In this document: piece after piece, positions 31,308-46,500 of the stretch
How positions within the stretch are numbered: the stretch's first letter is position 1
Layout: every line of letters starts with the position of its first letter
DNA from: Eledone cirrhosa
Taxonomy: Eukaryota
Direction: 5' to 3'
Assembly (NCBI GenBank): GCA_964016885.1
Contig: OZ024741.1
Coordinates: 195,052,001 to 195,116,000, forward strand
Length of the DNA: 64,000 bases
Made by a program: the position numbers and the translations under genes
Notes under the pieces: generated by a model
What the model was told of the DNA's origin: nothing
What the model saw: only the letters and a program-made list of their open reading frames with translations
Database searches by the model: none

Positions 31308-34300
31308 TATTGTATGTGGCCTATGTTATATATTGTATGCGGCATATGTTATATATTGTATGTGGCCTATGTTATATTTTGTATGTGGCCTATGTTATAT
31401 ACTGTATGGTGCCTATGTTATATATTGTATGTGGCCTATGTTATATATCGTATGCCTACTATGTTATTTATTGTATGTGGCCTATGTTATATATTGTATG
31501 CTGCCTATGTTATATAATGTATGTAGCCTATGTTATATATTGTATGCTGCCTATGTTATATATTGTATGCTGCCTATGTTATATATTGTATGAGGCCTAT
31601 GTTATATATATTATGCTGCCTATGTTATATATTGTATGTGGCCTATGTTATATATTATATGCTGACTATGTTATATATGTATGTAGCCTATGTTATATTT
31701 TGTATGTGGCCTATGTTATATATTGTATGTGGCCTATATTATATATTGTATGCTGCCTATGTTATATATTGTATGCTGCCTATGTTATATGTTGTATGTG
31801 GCCTATGTTATATATTGTATGCCTACTATGTTATATATTGTATGTGGCTTATGTTATATATTGTATGCTGCTTATGTTATATGTGGTATGTAGCCTATGT
31901 AATATATTGTATGCTGCTTATGTTATATATTGTAATCTGCCTATGTTATATATTGTATGTGGCCTACGTTATATATTGTATGCTGCCTATATTATATTTT
32001 GTGTGTGGCCTATGTTATATATTGTATGCGGCCTATGTTATACATGGTATGCTGCCTATGTTATATATTGTATGTAGCCTATGTTATATATTGTATGCTG
32101 CCTATGTTATATAATGTATGCTGTCTATTTTATATATTGTATGATGCCTAAGTTTTATTTTGTATGAGGCCTATGATATATATGGTTTGTGACCTATGTT
32201 TATATATTGTATTCTGCCTATGTTATATATTGTATGATGCCTATGTTATATATTGTATGTGGCCTATTTTATATATTGTATGCGACATATGTTATATGTT
32301 CTATGCTGCCTATGTTATATATTGTATGTGGCCTATGTTATATATTGCATGTGATCTATGCTATATATTGTATGCTGCCTATGTTATATATTGTATGTGG
32401 CCTATGTTATATATTGTATGCAGCCTATATTATATATAGTATGTGGCCTATGTTAAATATTGTATGCTGCCTATTTTATATATTGTATGAGGCCTAAGTT
32501 ATATATTGTATACTGTCTATGTTATATATATTATGTGGCCTATGTTATATATTGTATGTGGCCTATGTTATATATTTTATGCGACATATGTTATATATTG
32601 TATGCTGCCTATGTTATATATTGTATGTGGCCTATGTTATCTATTGTATATGGCCTATGTTATATATTGTATGCTGCCTATGTTATATATTGTATGCGGC
32701 CTATGTTATATATTGTATGCTGCCTACGTTATATATTGTATGCTGCCTATGTTATATATTATGTGTGGTCTATGTTATATATTGTATTTGGCCTATGTTA
32801 TACATTGCATGCCGCCTATGTTATATATTGTATGTAGCCTATGTTATATATTGTATGTGGTCTATTTTATATATTTATGCTACCTATGATATATATTGTA
32901 TGTGGCCAATGTTATATATTGGAATTTCGCATGTTATATAGTTTATGTGGCCTATGATATATTGTATGCTGACTATGTTATATATTTTAAGTGGCCTATG
33001 GTATATATTGTATGTGGCCTATGTTATATATAGTATGCTGCCTATGTCATATGTTGTATGTGACCTATGTTATATATTGTATGTGGCCTATGTTATATAT
33101 TGTGTTCGGCATATATTATATATTGTATGTGGCCTATGTTATATGTTGTATGTGGCCTATGTTATATATTGTATGGGGCCTATGTTATATATAGTATACT
33201 GTCTATTTAATGTATTGTATCTAGCCTATGTTATATATTGTATGCTGCCTATGTTATATATTGTATGTGACCTATGTTATTTATGGTATGTGGCCTATGT
33301 TATATATTGTGTTCGGCATATGTTATATATTGTATGCTGCATATGTTATATGTTGTATGTGGCCTATGTTATATATTGTATGGGGCCTAATTTATATATT
33401 GTATGCTGCCTATATTATATATTGTATGTGGCCTATGTTATATATTATATGCTTACTATGTTATTTATTGTATGTGGCCTATGTTATATATTGTATGCTG
33501 CCTATGTTATATATTGTACGTAGCCTATGTTATATATTGTATGCTGCCTATGTTATATATTGTATGAGGCCTATGTTATATATATTATTCTGCCTATGTT
33601 ATATATTTTATGTGGCCTATGTTATATATTATATGCTGCCTATGTTATATATTGTATGCTGCCTATGTTATATATTGTATGTGGCCTATATTATATATTG
33701 TATTTGGCCTATGTTATACACTGTATTTTGCCGATGTTATATATTGTATGAGGCCTATGTTATATATTTTATGCTACCTATGTTATATAATGGAATTTTG
33801 CATGTTATATAGTGTATGTGGCCTCTGATATATTGTATGCTTACTATTTTATATATTTTAAGTGGCCTATGGTATATATTGTATGTGGCCTATGTTATAT
33901 ATAGTATGCTGCCTATGTCATATTTTGTATGTGACCTATGTTATATATTGTATGTGGCCTATGTTATATATATTGTTCGGCATATGTTATATATTGTATG
34001 TGGCCTATGTTATATGTTGTATGTGGCCTAGGTTATATATTGTATGGGGTCTATGTTATATATTGTATGGGGTCTATTTTATATATAGTATGCTGCCTAT
34101 GTAATGTATTGTATCTAGCCTATGTTATATATTGTATGCTGCCTATGTTATATATTGTATGTGGCCTATGTTATGTATTGTATGTGGCCTATGTTATATA
34201 TTGTGTTCGGCATATGTTATATATTGTATGCTGCATATGTTATATGTTGTATGTGGCCTATTTTATATATTGTATGGGGCCTAAGTTATATGTTGTATGC

Positions 34301-37300
34301 TGCCTATGTTATATACTGTATGCCTACTATGTTATATATTGTATGTGTCCTATGTTATATATTGTATGCTCCTTATGTTATATGTGGTATGTAGCCTATA
34401 TTATATATTGTATGCTGCCTTTGTTATATATTATATCCTGCCTATGTTATATATTGTATGTGGCCTATGTTATATTTTGGATGCGGCATATGTAATATAT
34501 TGTATGCAGCCTATGTTATATATTGTATGTGACCTATTTTATATATTGTATGTGGCCTATGTTATATATTGTATGCTGCCTATGTTATATATTGTATGCT
34601 GCCTATGTTATATATTGTATGTAGCCTATGTTATATATTGTATGTGGCCTAAGTTATATATTGTATGCTGCCTATGTTATATATTGTATGTTGCCTATGT
34701 TATATATTGTATGCCTACTATGTTATTTATTGTATGTGGCCTATGTCATATACTGTATGCTGCCTATGTTATATAATGTATGTAGCCTATGTTATATATA
34801 TTATGCTGCCTATGTTATATATTGTATGTGGCCTATGTTATATATTGGATGCGGCATATGTTATATATTGTATGCAGCCTATGTTATATATTGTATGTGT
34901 CCTATGTTATATATTGTATGTGGCCTATGTTATATATTGTATGCTGCCTATGTTATATATTGTATGTGGCCTATGTTATATATTGTATGCTGCCTATGTT
35001 ATATATTGTATGAGGCCTATGTTATATATTGTATGCTGCCTATGTTATATATTGTATGTGGCCTATGTTATATATTGTATGCCTACTATGTTATATATTG
35101 TATGTGGCCTATGTTGTATATTGTATGCTGCCTATTTTATATATTGTATGCGGCCTCTGTTATATATTGTATGCTACCTATGTTATATATTGTATACTCC
35201 CTATGTTATATATATACTGTATGCTGCCTATGTTATATATTGTATGTTGCCTATGTTATATATTGTATGCTGCCTATGTTATATATTGTATGCTGCCTAT
35301 GTTATATATTGTATGTGGCCTAATATATGTCGTATGGTGCTTATGTTATTTATTTTAAGTGGCCTATGGTATATATTGTATGTGGCCTATGTTATATATT
35401 GTATGCTGCCTATGTTATATATTGTATTTGGCATATGTTATATATTGTATGCTGCCTATGTTATATATTGTATGTGGCCTATATTATATATTGTATGTGG
35501 CCTATGTTATATATTGTATGCGGTATATGTTATATATTGTATGTGGCCTATGTTATATATTTTATGAGGCCTATGTTATATATTGTATGCTGCCTATGTT
35601 ATATATTGTATGTGGCCTATGTTATATATTGTATGCTGCCTATGTTATATTGTATGTGATCTATTTTATATATTGTATGCTGCCCATGTTATATATTATA
35701 TGTGCCATATGTTTTATATTGTATGCGGCATATGTTATATATTGTATGCTGCCTATGTTATATATTGTATGTGGCCTATATTATATATTGTTATCGGCAT
35801 ATGTTATATATTGTATACTGCCTATGTTATATATTGTATGTGGCCTATGTTATATATTGTATGCTGCCTCTGTTATATATTGTTAGTGGCCTAGGTTATA
35901 TATTGTATGCTGCCTATGTTATATATTGTATGTGGCCTATGTTATATATTGTATGCGGCATATGTTATATATTGTATGTGGCCTATGTTATATTTTGTAT
36001 GTGGCCTATGTTATATACTGTATGGTGCCTATGTTTTATATTGTATGTGGCCTATGTTATATATCGTATGCCTACTATGTTATTTATTGAATGTGGCCTA
36101 TGTTATATATTGTATGCTGCCTATGTTATATAATGTATGTAGCCTATGTTATATATTGTATGCTGCCTATGTTATATATTGTATGCTGCCTATGTTATAT
36201 ATTGTATGAGGCCTATGTTATATATATTATGCTGCCTATGTTATATATTGTATGTGGCCTATGTTATATATTATATGCTGACTATGTTATATATGTATGT
36301 AGCCTATGTTATATTTTGTATGTGGCCTATGTTATATATTGTATGTGGCCTATATTATATATTGTATGCTGCCTATGTTATATATTGTATGCTGCCTATG
36401 TTATATGTTGTATGTGGCCTATGTTATATATTGTATGCCTACTATGTTATATATTGTATGTGGCTTATGTTATATATTGTATGCTGCTTATGTTATATGT
36501 GGTATGTAGCCTATGTAATATATTGTATGCTGCTTATGTTATATATTGTAATCTGCCTATGTTATATATTGTATGTGGCCTACGTTATATATTGTATGCT
36601 GCCTATATTATATTTTGTGTGTGGCCTATGTTATATATTGTATGCGGCCTATGTTATACATGGTATGCTGCCTATGTTATATATTGTATGTAGCCTATGT
36701 TATATATTGTATGCTGCCTATGTTATATAATGTATGCTGTCTATTTTATATATTGTATGATGCCTAAGTTTTATTTTGTATGAGGCCTATGATATATATG
36801 GTTTGTGACCTATGTTTATATATTGTATTCTGCCTATGTTATATATTGTATGATGCCTATGTTATATATTGTATGTGGCCTATTTTATATATTGTATGCG
36901 ACATATGTTATATGTTCTATGCTGCCTATGTTATATATTGTATGTGGCCTATGTTATATATTGCATGTGATCTATGCTATATATTGTATGCTGCCTATGT
37001 TATATATTGTATGTGGCCTATGTTATATATTGTATGCAGCCTATGTTATATATAGTATGTGGCCTATGTTAAATATTGTATGCTGCCTATTTTATATATT
37101 GTATGAGGCCTAAGTTATATATTGTATACTGTCTATGTTATATATATTATGTGGCCTATGTTATATATTGTATGTGGCCTATGTTATATATTTTATGCGA
37201 CATATGTTATATATTGTATGCTGCCTATGTTATATATTGTATGTGGCCTATGTTATCTATTGTATATGGCCTATGTTATATATTGTATGCTGCCTATGTT

Positions 37301-40300
37301 ATATATTGTATGCGGCCTATGTTATATATTGTATGCTGCCTACGTTATATATTGTATGCTGCCTATGTTATATATTATGTGTGGTCTATGTTATATATTG
37401 TATTTGGCCTATGTTATACATTGCATGCCGCCTATGTTATATATTGTATGTAGCCTATGTTATATATTGTATGTGTTCTATTTTATATATTTATGCTACC
37501 TATGATATATATTGTATGTGGCCAATGTTATATATTGGAATTTCGCATGTTATATAGTGTATGTGGCCTATGATATATTGTATGCTGACTATGTTATATA
37601 TTTTAAGTGGCCTATGGTATATATTGTATGTGGCCTATGTTATATATAGTATGCTGCCTATGTCATATGTTGTATGTGACCTATGTTATATATTGTATGT
37701 GGCCTATGTTATATATTGTGTTCGGCATATATTATATATTGTATGTGGCCTATGTTATATGTTGTATGTGGCCTATGTTATATATTGTATGGGGCCTATG
37801 TTATATATAGTATACTGTCTATTTAATGTATTGTATCTAGCCTATGTTATATATTGTATGCTGCCTATGTTATATATTGTATGTGACCTATGTTATTTAT
37901 GGTATGTGGCCTATGTTATATATTGTGTTCGGCATATGTTATATATTGTATGCTGCATATGTTATATGTTGTATGTGGCCTATGTTATATATTGTATGGG
38001 GCCTAATTTATATATTGTATGCTGCCTATATTATATATTGTATGTGGCCTATGTTATATATTATATGCTTACTATGTTATTTATTGTATGTGGCCTATGT
38101 TATATATTGTATGCTGCCTATGTTATATATTGTATGTAGCCTATGTTATATATTGTATGCTGCCTATGTTATATATTGTATGAGGCCTATGTTATATATA
38201 TTATTCTGCCTATGTTATATATTTTATGTGGCCTATGTTATATATTATATGCTGCCTATGTTATATCTTGTATGCTGCCTATGTTATATATTGTATGTGG
38301 CCTATATTATATATTGTATTTGGCCTATGTTATACACTGTATTTTGCCGATGTTATATATTGTATGAGACCTATGTTATATATTTTATGCTACCTATGTT
38401 ATATAATGGAATTTTGCATGTTATATAGTGTATGTGGCCTCTGATATATTGTATGCTTACTATTTTATATATTTTAAGTGGCCTATGGTATATATTGTAT
38501 GTGGCCTATGTTATATATAGTATGCTGCCTATGTCATATTTTGTATGTGACCTATGTTATATATTGTATGTGGCCTATGTTATATATATTGTTCGGCATA
38601 TGTTATATATTGTATGTGGCCTATGTTATATGTTGTATGTGGCCTAGGTTATATATTGTATGGGGTCTATGTTATATATTGTATGGGGTCTATTTTATAT
38701 ATAGTATGCTGCCTATGTAATGTATTGTATCTAGCCTATGTTATATATTGTATGCTGCCTATGTTATATATTGTATGTGGCCTATGTTATGTATTGTATG
38801 TGGCCTATGTTATATATTGTGTTCGGCATATGTTATATATTGTATGCTGCATATGTTATATGTTGTATGTGGCCTATTTTATATATTGTATGGGGCCTAA
38901 GTTATATGTTGTATGCTGCCTATGTTATATACTGTATGCCTACTATGTTATATATTGTATGTGTCCTATGTTATATATTGTATGCTCCTTATGTTATATG
39001 TGGTATGTAGCCTATATTATATATTGTATGCTGCCTTTGTTATATATTATATCCTGCCTATGTTATATATTGTATGTGGCCTATGTTATATTTTGGATGC
39101 GGCATATGTAATATATTGTATGCAGCCTATGTTATATATTGTATGTGGCCTATTTTATATATTGTATGTGGCCTATGTTATATATTGTATGCTGCCTATG
39201 TTATATATTGTATGCTGCCTATGTTATATATTGTATGTAGCCTATGTTATATATTGTATGTGGCCTAAGTTATATATTGTATGCTGCCTATGTTATATAT
39301 TGTATGTTGCCTATGTTATATATTGTATGCCTACTATGTTATTTATTGTATGTGGCCTATGTCATATATTGTATGCTGCCTATGTTATATAATGTATGTA
39401 GCCTATGTTATATATATTATGCTGCCTATGTTATATATTGTATGTGGCCTATGTTATATATTGGATGCGGCATATGTTATATATTGTATGCAGCCTATGT
39501 TATATATTGTATGTGTCCTATGTTATATATTGTATGTGGCCTATGTTATATATTGTATGCTGCCTATGTTATATATTGTATGTGGCCTATGTTATATATT
39601 GTATGCTGCCTATGTTATATATTGTATGAGGCCTATGTTATATATTGTATGCTGCCTATGTTATATATTGTATGTGGCCTATGTTATATATTGTATGCCT
39701 ACTATGTTATATATTGTATGTGGCCTATGTTGTATATTGTATGCTGCCTATTTTATATATTGTATGCGGCCTCTGTTATATATTGTATGCTACCTATGTT
39801 ATATATTGTATACTCCCTATGTTATATATATACTGTATGCTGCCTATGTTATATATTGTATGTTGCCTATGTTATATATTGTATGCTGCCTATGTTATAT
39901 ATTGTATGCTGCCTATGTTATATATTGTATGTGGCCTAATATATGTCGTATGGTGCTTATGTTATTTATTTTAAGTGGCCTATGGTATATATTGTATGTG
40001 GCCTATGTTATATATTGTATGCTGCCTATGTTATATATTGTATTTGGCATATGTTATATATTGTATGCTGCCTATGTTATATATTGTATGTGGCCTATAT
40101 TATATATTGTATGTGGCCTATGTTATATATTGTATGCGGTATATGTTATATATTGTATGTGGCCTATGTTATATATTTTATGAGGCCTATGTTATATATT
40201 GTATGCTGCCTATGTTATATATTGTATGTGGCCTATGTTATATATTGTATGCTGCCTATGTTATATTGTATGTGATCTATTTTATATATTGTATGCTGCC

Positions 40301-40570
40301 CATGTTATATATTATATGTGCCATATGTTTTATATTGTATGCGGCATATGTTATATATTGTATGCTGCCTATGTTATATATTGTATGTGGCCTATATTAT
40401 ATATTGTATGCGGCATATGTTATATATTGTATACTGCCTATGTTATATATTGTATGTGGCCTATGTTATATATTGTATGCTGCCTCTGTTATATATTGTT
40501 AGTGGCCTAGGTTATATATTGTATGCTGCCTATGTTATATATTGTATGTGGCCTATGTTATATATTGTAT
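31308..40570 (+). repeat. Very recent 4616-bp tandem duplication (~31308-35923 and ~35924-40570), each copy with an internal 871-bp-offset duplication
   Basis: Constant 4616 offset across many ORF pairs (31530/36146, 32945/37561, 34665/39281, 35359/39975), with about 11 differences spotted by eye. Internal landmark GGAATTT(C/T)GCATG at ~32921/33792 and ~37537/38408. Confidence 0.95.
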
Positions 40571-43500
40571 GCTGCCTATGTTATATATTGTATTTGGCCT
40601 ATGTTATATATTGTATGCTGCCTATGTTATATATTGTATGTGGCCTATGTCATATATTGTATGCTGCCTATTTTATATATTGTATGCGGCCTATGTTATA
40701 TATTGTATGCTACCTATGTTATATATTGTATACTCCCTATGTTATATATATACTGTATGCTGCCTATGTTATATATTGTATGTTGCCTATGTTATATATT
40801 GTATGCTGCCTATGTTATATATTGTATGCTGTCTATGTTATATATTGTATGTTGCCTATGTTATATATTGTATGCTGCCTATGTTATATATTGTATGCTG
40901 CCTATGTTATATATTGTATGTGGCCTAATAAATATCGTATGGTGCTTATGTTATATATTTTAAGTGGCCTATGGTATATATTGTATGTGGCCTATGTTAT
41001 ATATTGTATGCTGCCTATGTTATATATTGTATTTGGCCTATATTATATATTGTATGCTGCCTATGTTATATATTGGATGTGGCCTATATTATATATTGTA
41101 TGTGGCCTATGTTATATATTGTATGCGGTATATGTTATATATTGTATGTGGCCTATGTTATATAATTTATGAGGCCTATGTTATATATTGTATGCTGCCT
41201 ATGTTATATATTGTATGTGGCCTATGTTATATATTGTATGCGGTATATGTTATATATTGTATGTGGCCTATGTTATATATTTTATGAGGCCTATGTTATA
41301 TATTGTATGCTGCCTATGTTATATATTGTATGCTGCCTATGTTATATATTGTATGTGGCCTAATATATATCGTATGGTGCTTATGTTATATATTTTAAGT
41401 GGCCTATGGTATATATTGTATGTGGCCTATGTTATATATTGTATGCTGCCTATGTTATATATTGTATTTGGCATATGTTATATATTGTATGCTGCCTATG
41501 TTATATATTGTATGTGGCCTATATTATATATTGTATGTGGCCTATGTTATATATTGTATGCGGTATATGTTATATATTGTATGTGGCCTATGTTATATAT
41601 TTTATGAGGCCTATGTTATATATTGTATGCTGCCTATGTTATATATTGTATGTGGCCTATGTTATATATTGTATGCTGCCTATGTTATATTGTATGTGAT
41701 CTATTTTATATATTGTATGCTGCCCATGTTATATATTATATGTGCCATATGTTTTATATTGTATGCGGCATATGTTATATATTGTATGCTGCCTATGTTA
41801 TATATTGTATGTGGCCTATATTATATATTGTATGCGGCATATGTTATATATTGTATACTGCCTATGTTATATATTGTATGTGGCCTATGTTATATATTGT
41901 ATGCTGCCTCTGTTATATATTGTTAGTGGCGTACGGTATATATTGTATGCTGCCTATATTATATAATGTTTGTGGCCTATGTTATATATTGTGTGCTGTC
42001 TCTATTATATATTGTATGTGACGTATTTTATATATTGTAGGTGGCCTATAATATATATTGCATGCTACCTATGTTATATATTGTATATTGCCTATGTTAT
42101 ACATTGTATGTGGCCTATGCTATATATTGTCTGCTGCCTATGTTATATATTGTATGTTGACTATGTTATATATTGTATGTGGCCTAAGTTATATATTGTA
42201 TGCTGCCTATGTTATACATTGTATGTGGCCTATGTTATATATTGTATGTGGCCTATGTTATATATTGTATGCGGCATATGTTATATATTGTATGCTGCCT
42301 ATGTTATATATTGTATGCTGCCTATGTTATATATTGTATATGGCCTATATTATATTTTGTATGCTGCCTATGTTATTTATTGTTAGTGGCCCATGTTATA
42401 TTTTGTATGCTGCCTATGTTATATATTGTATGTGGCCTATGCTATATATTGTATGCTGCCTACGTTATATATTGTATATGGCTTATGTTATATATTGCAT
42501 GCGGCATATGTTATATATTGTACGCTGCCTATGTTATATAAGGTATGCTGCCTATGTTATATATTGTATGTGGCCTGTGTTATATACTCTATGTGGCCTG
42601 TGTTATATTCTGTATGTGGCCTATGTTATATATTGTATGTGGCCTATGTTACATATTGTATGTGGCCTATGTTACATATTGTATGTTGCCTATGTTATAT
42701 ATTGTATGTGGCCTATGTTATATATTGTATGCTGCCTATGTTATATATTGTATGTGGCCTATGTTATATTTTGTATGCTGCCTATGTTATATTTTGTTAG
42801 TGGCGTACGTTATATATTGTATGCTGCCTATATTATATAATGTTTGTGGCCTATGTTATATATTGTGTGCTGTCTCTATTATATATTGTATGTGACGTAT
42901 TTTATATATTGTAGGTGGCCTATAATATATATTGCATGCTACCTATGTTATATATTGTATATTGCCTATGTTATACATTGTATGTGGCCTATGCTATATA
43001 TTGTCTGCTGCCTATGTTATATATTGTATGTTGACTATGTTATATATTGTATGTGGCCTAAGTTATATATTGTATGCTGCCTATGTTATACATTGTATGT
43101 GGCCTATGTTATATATTGTATGTGGCCTATGTTATATATTGTATGCGGCATATGTTATATATTGTATGCTGCCTATGTTATATATTGTATGTGGCCTATG
43201 TCATATATTGTATGCTGCCTATTTTATATATTGTATGCGGCCTATGTTATATATTGTATGCTACCTATGTTATATATTGTATACTCCCTATGTTATATAT
43301 ATACTGTATGCTGCCTATGTTATATATTGTATGTTGCCTATGTTATATATTGTATGCTGCCTATGTTATATATTGTATGCTGCCTATGTTATATATTGTA
43401 TGTTGCCTATGTTATATATTGTATGCTGCCTATGTTATATATTGTATGCTGCCTATGTTATATATTGTATGTGGCCTAATATATATCGTATGGTGCTTAT

Positions 43501-46500
43501 GTTATATATTTTAAGTGGCCTATGGTATATATTGTATGTGGCCTATGTTATATATTGTATGCTGCCTATGTTATATATTGTATTTGGCCTATGTTATATA
43601 TTGTATGCTGCCTATGTTATATATTGGATGTGGCCTATATTATATATTGTATGTGGCCTATGTTATATATTGTATGCGGTATATGTTATATATTGTATGT
43701 GGCCTTTGTTATATATTTTATGAGGCCTATGTTATATATTGTATGCTGCCTATGTTATATATTGTATGTGGCCTATGTTATATATTGTATGCGGTATATG
43801 TTATATATTGTATGTGGCCTATGTTATATATTTTATGAGGCCTATGTTATATATTGTATGCTGCCTATGTTATATATTGTATGCTGCCTATGTTATATAT
43901 TGTATGTGGCCTAATATATATCGTATGGTGCTTATGTTATATATTTTAAGTGGCCTATGGTATATATTGTATGTGGCCTATGTTATATATTGTATGCTGC
44001 CTATGTTATATATTGTATTTGGCATATGTTATATATTGTATGCTGCCTATGTTATATATTGTATGTGGCCTATATTATATATTGTATGTGGCCTATGTTA
44101 TATATTGTATGCGGTATATGTTATATATTGTATGTGGCCTATGTTATATATTTTATGAGGCCTATGTTATATATTGTATGCTGCCTATGTTATATATTGT
44201 ATGTGGCCTATGTTATATATTGTATGCTGCCTATGTTATATTGTATGTGATCTATTTTATATATTGTATGCTGCCCATGTTATATATTATATGTGCCATA
44301 TGTTTTATATTGTATGCGGCATATGTTATATATTGTATGCTGCCTATGTTATATATTGTATGTGGCCTATATTATATATTGTATGCGGCATATGTTATAT
44401 ATTGTATACTGCCTATGTTATATATTGTATGTGGCCTATGTTATATATTGTATGCTGCCTCTGTTATATATTGTTAGTGGCGTACGTTATATATTGTATG
44501 CTGCCTATATTATATAATGTTTGTGGCCTATGTTATATATTGTGTGCTGTCTCTATTATATATTGTATGTGACGTATTTTATATATTGTAGGTGGCCTAT
44601 AATATATATTGCATGCTACCTATGTTATATATTGTATATTGCCTATGTTATACATTGTATGTGGCCTATGCTATATATTGTCTGCTGCCTATGTTATATA
44701 TTGTATGTTGACTATGTTATATATTGTATGTGGCCTAAGTTATATATTGTATGCTGCCTATGTTATACATTGTATGTGGCCTATGTTATATATTGTATGT
44801 GGCCTATGTTATATATTGTATGCGGCATATGTTATATATTGTATGCTGCCTATGTTATATATTGTATGTGGCCTATGTTATATATTGTATGCTGCCTATT
44901 TTATATATTGTATGCGGCCTATGTTATATATTGTATGCTACCTATGTTATATATTGTATACTCCCTATGTTATATATATACTGTATGCTGCCTATGTTAT
45001 ATATTGTATGTTGCCTATGTTATATATTGTATGCTGCCTATGTTATATATTGTATGCTGCCTATGTTATATATTGTATGTGGCCTAATATATATCGTATG
45101 GTGCTTATGTTATATATTTTAAGTGGCCTATGGTATATATTGTATGTGGCCTATGTTATATATTGTATGCTGCCTATGTTATATATTGTATTTGGCCTAT
45201 GTTATATATTGTATGCTGCCTATGTTATATATTGGATGTGGCCTATATTATATATTGTATGTGGCCTATGTTATATATTGTATGCGGTTTATGTTATATA
45301 TTGTATGTGGCCTATGTTATATATTTTATGTGGCCTATGTTATATATTGTATGCTGCCTATGTTATATATTGTATGTGGCCTATGTTATATATTGTATGC
45401 GGTATATGTTATATATTGTATGTGGCCTATGTTATATATTTTATGAGGCCTATGTTATATATTGTATGCTGCCTATGTTATATATTGTATGCTGCCTATG
45501 TTATATATTGTATGTGGCCTAATATATATCGTATGGTGCTTATGTTATATATTTTAAGTGGCCTATGGTATATATTGTATGTGGCCTATGTTATATATTG
45601 TATGCTGCCTATGTTATATATTGTATTTGGCATATGTTATATATTGTATGCTGCCTATGTTATATATTGTATGTGGCCTATATTATATATTGTATGTGGC
45701 CTATGTTATATATTGTATGCGGTATATGTTATATATTGTATGTGGCCTATGTTATATATTTTATGAGGCCTATGTTATATATTGTATGCTGCCTATGTTA
45801 TATATTGTATATGGCCTATATTATATTTTGTATGCTGCCTATGTTATTTATTGTTAGTGGCCCATGTTATATTTTGTATGCTGCCTATGTTATATATTGT
45901 ATGTGGCCTATGCTATATATTGTATGCTGCCTACGTTATATATTGTATATGGCTTATGTTATATATTGCATGCGGCATATGTTATATATTGTACGCTGCC
46001 TATGTTATATAAGGTATGCTGCCTATGTTATATATTGTATGTGGCCTGTGTTATATACTCTATGTGGCCTGTGTTATATTCTGTATGTGGCCTATGTTAC
46101 ATATTGTATGTTGCCTATGTTCTATATTGTATGTGGCCTATGTTACATATTGTATGTGGCCTATGTTACATATTGTATGTTGCCTATGTTATATATTGTA
46201 TGTGGCCTATGTTATATATTGTATGCTGCCTATGTTATATATTGTATGTGGCCTATGTTATATATTGTATGCTGCCTATGTTATATTTTGTTAGTGGCGT
46301 ACGTTATATATTGTATGCTGCCTATATTATATAATGTTTGTGGCCTATGTTATATATTGTGTGCTGTCTCTATTATATATTGTATGTGACGTATTTTATA
46401 TATTGTAGCTGGCCTATAATATATATTGCATGCTACCTATGTTATATATTGTATATTGCCTATGTTATACATTGTATGTGGCCTATGCTATATATTGTCT

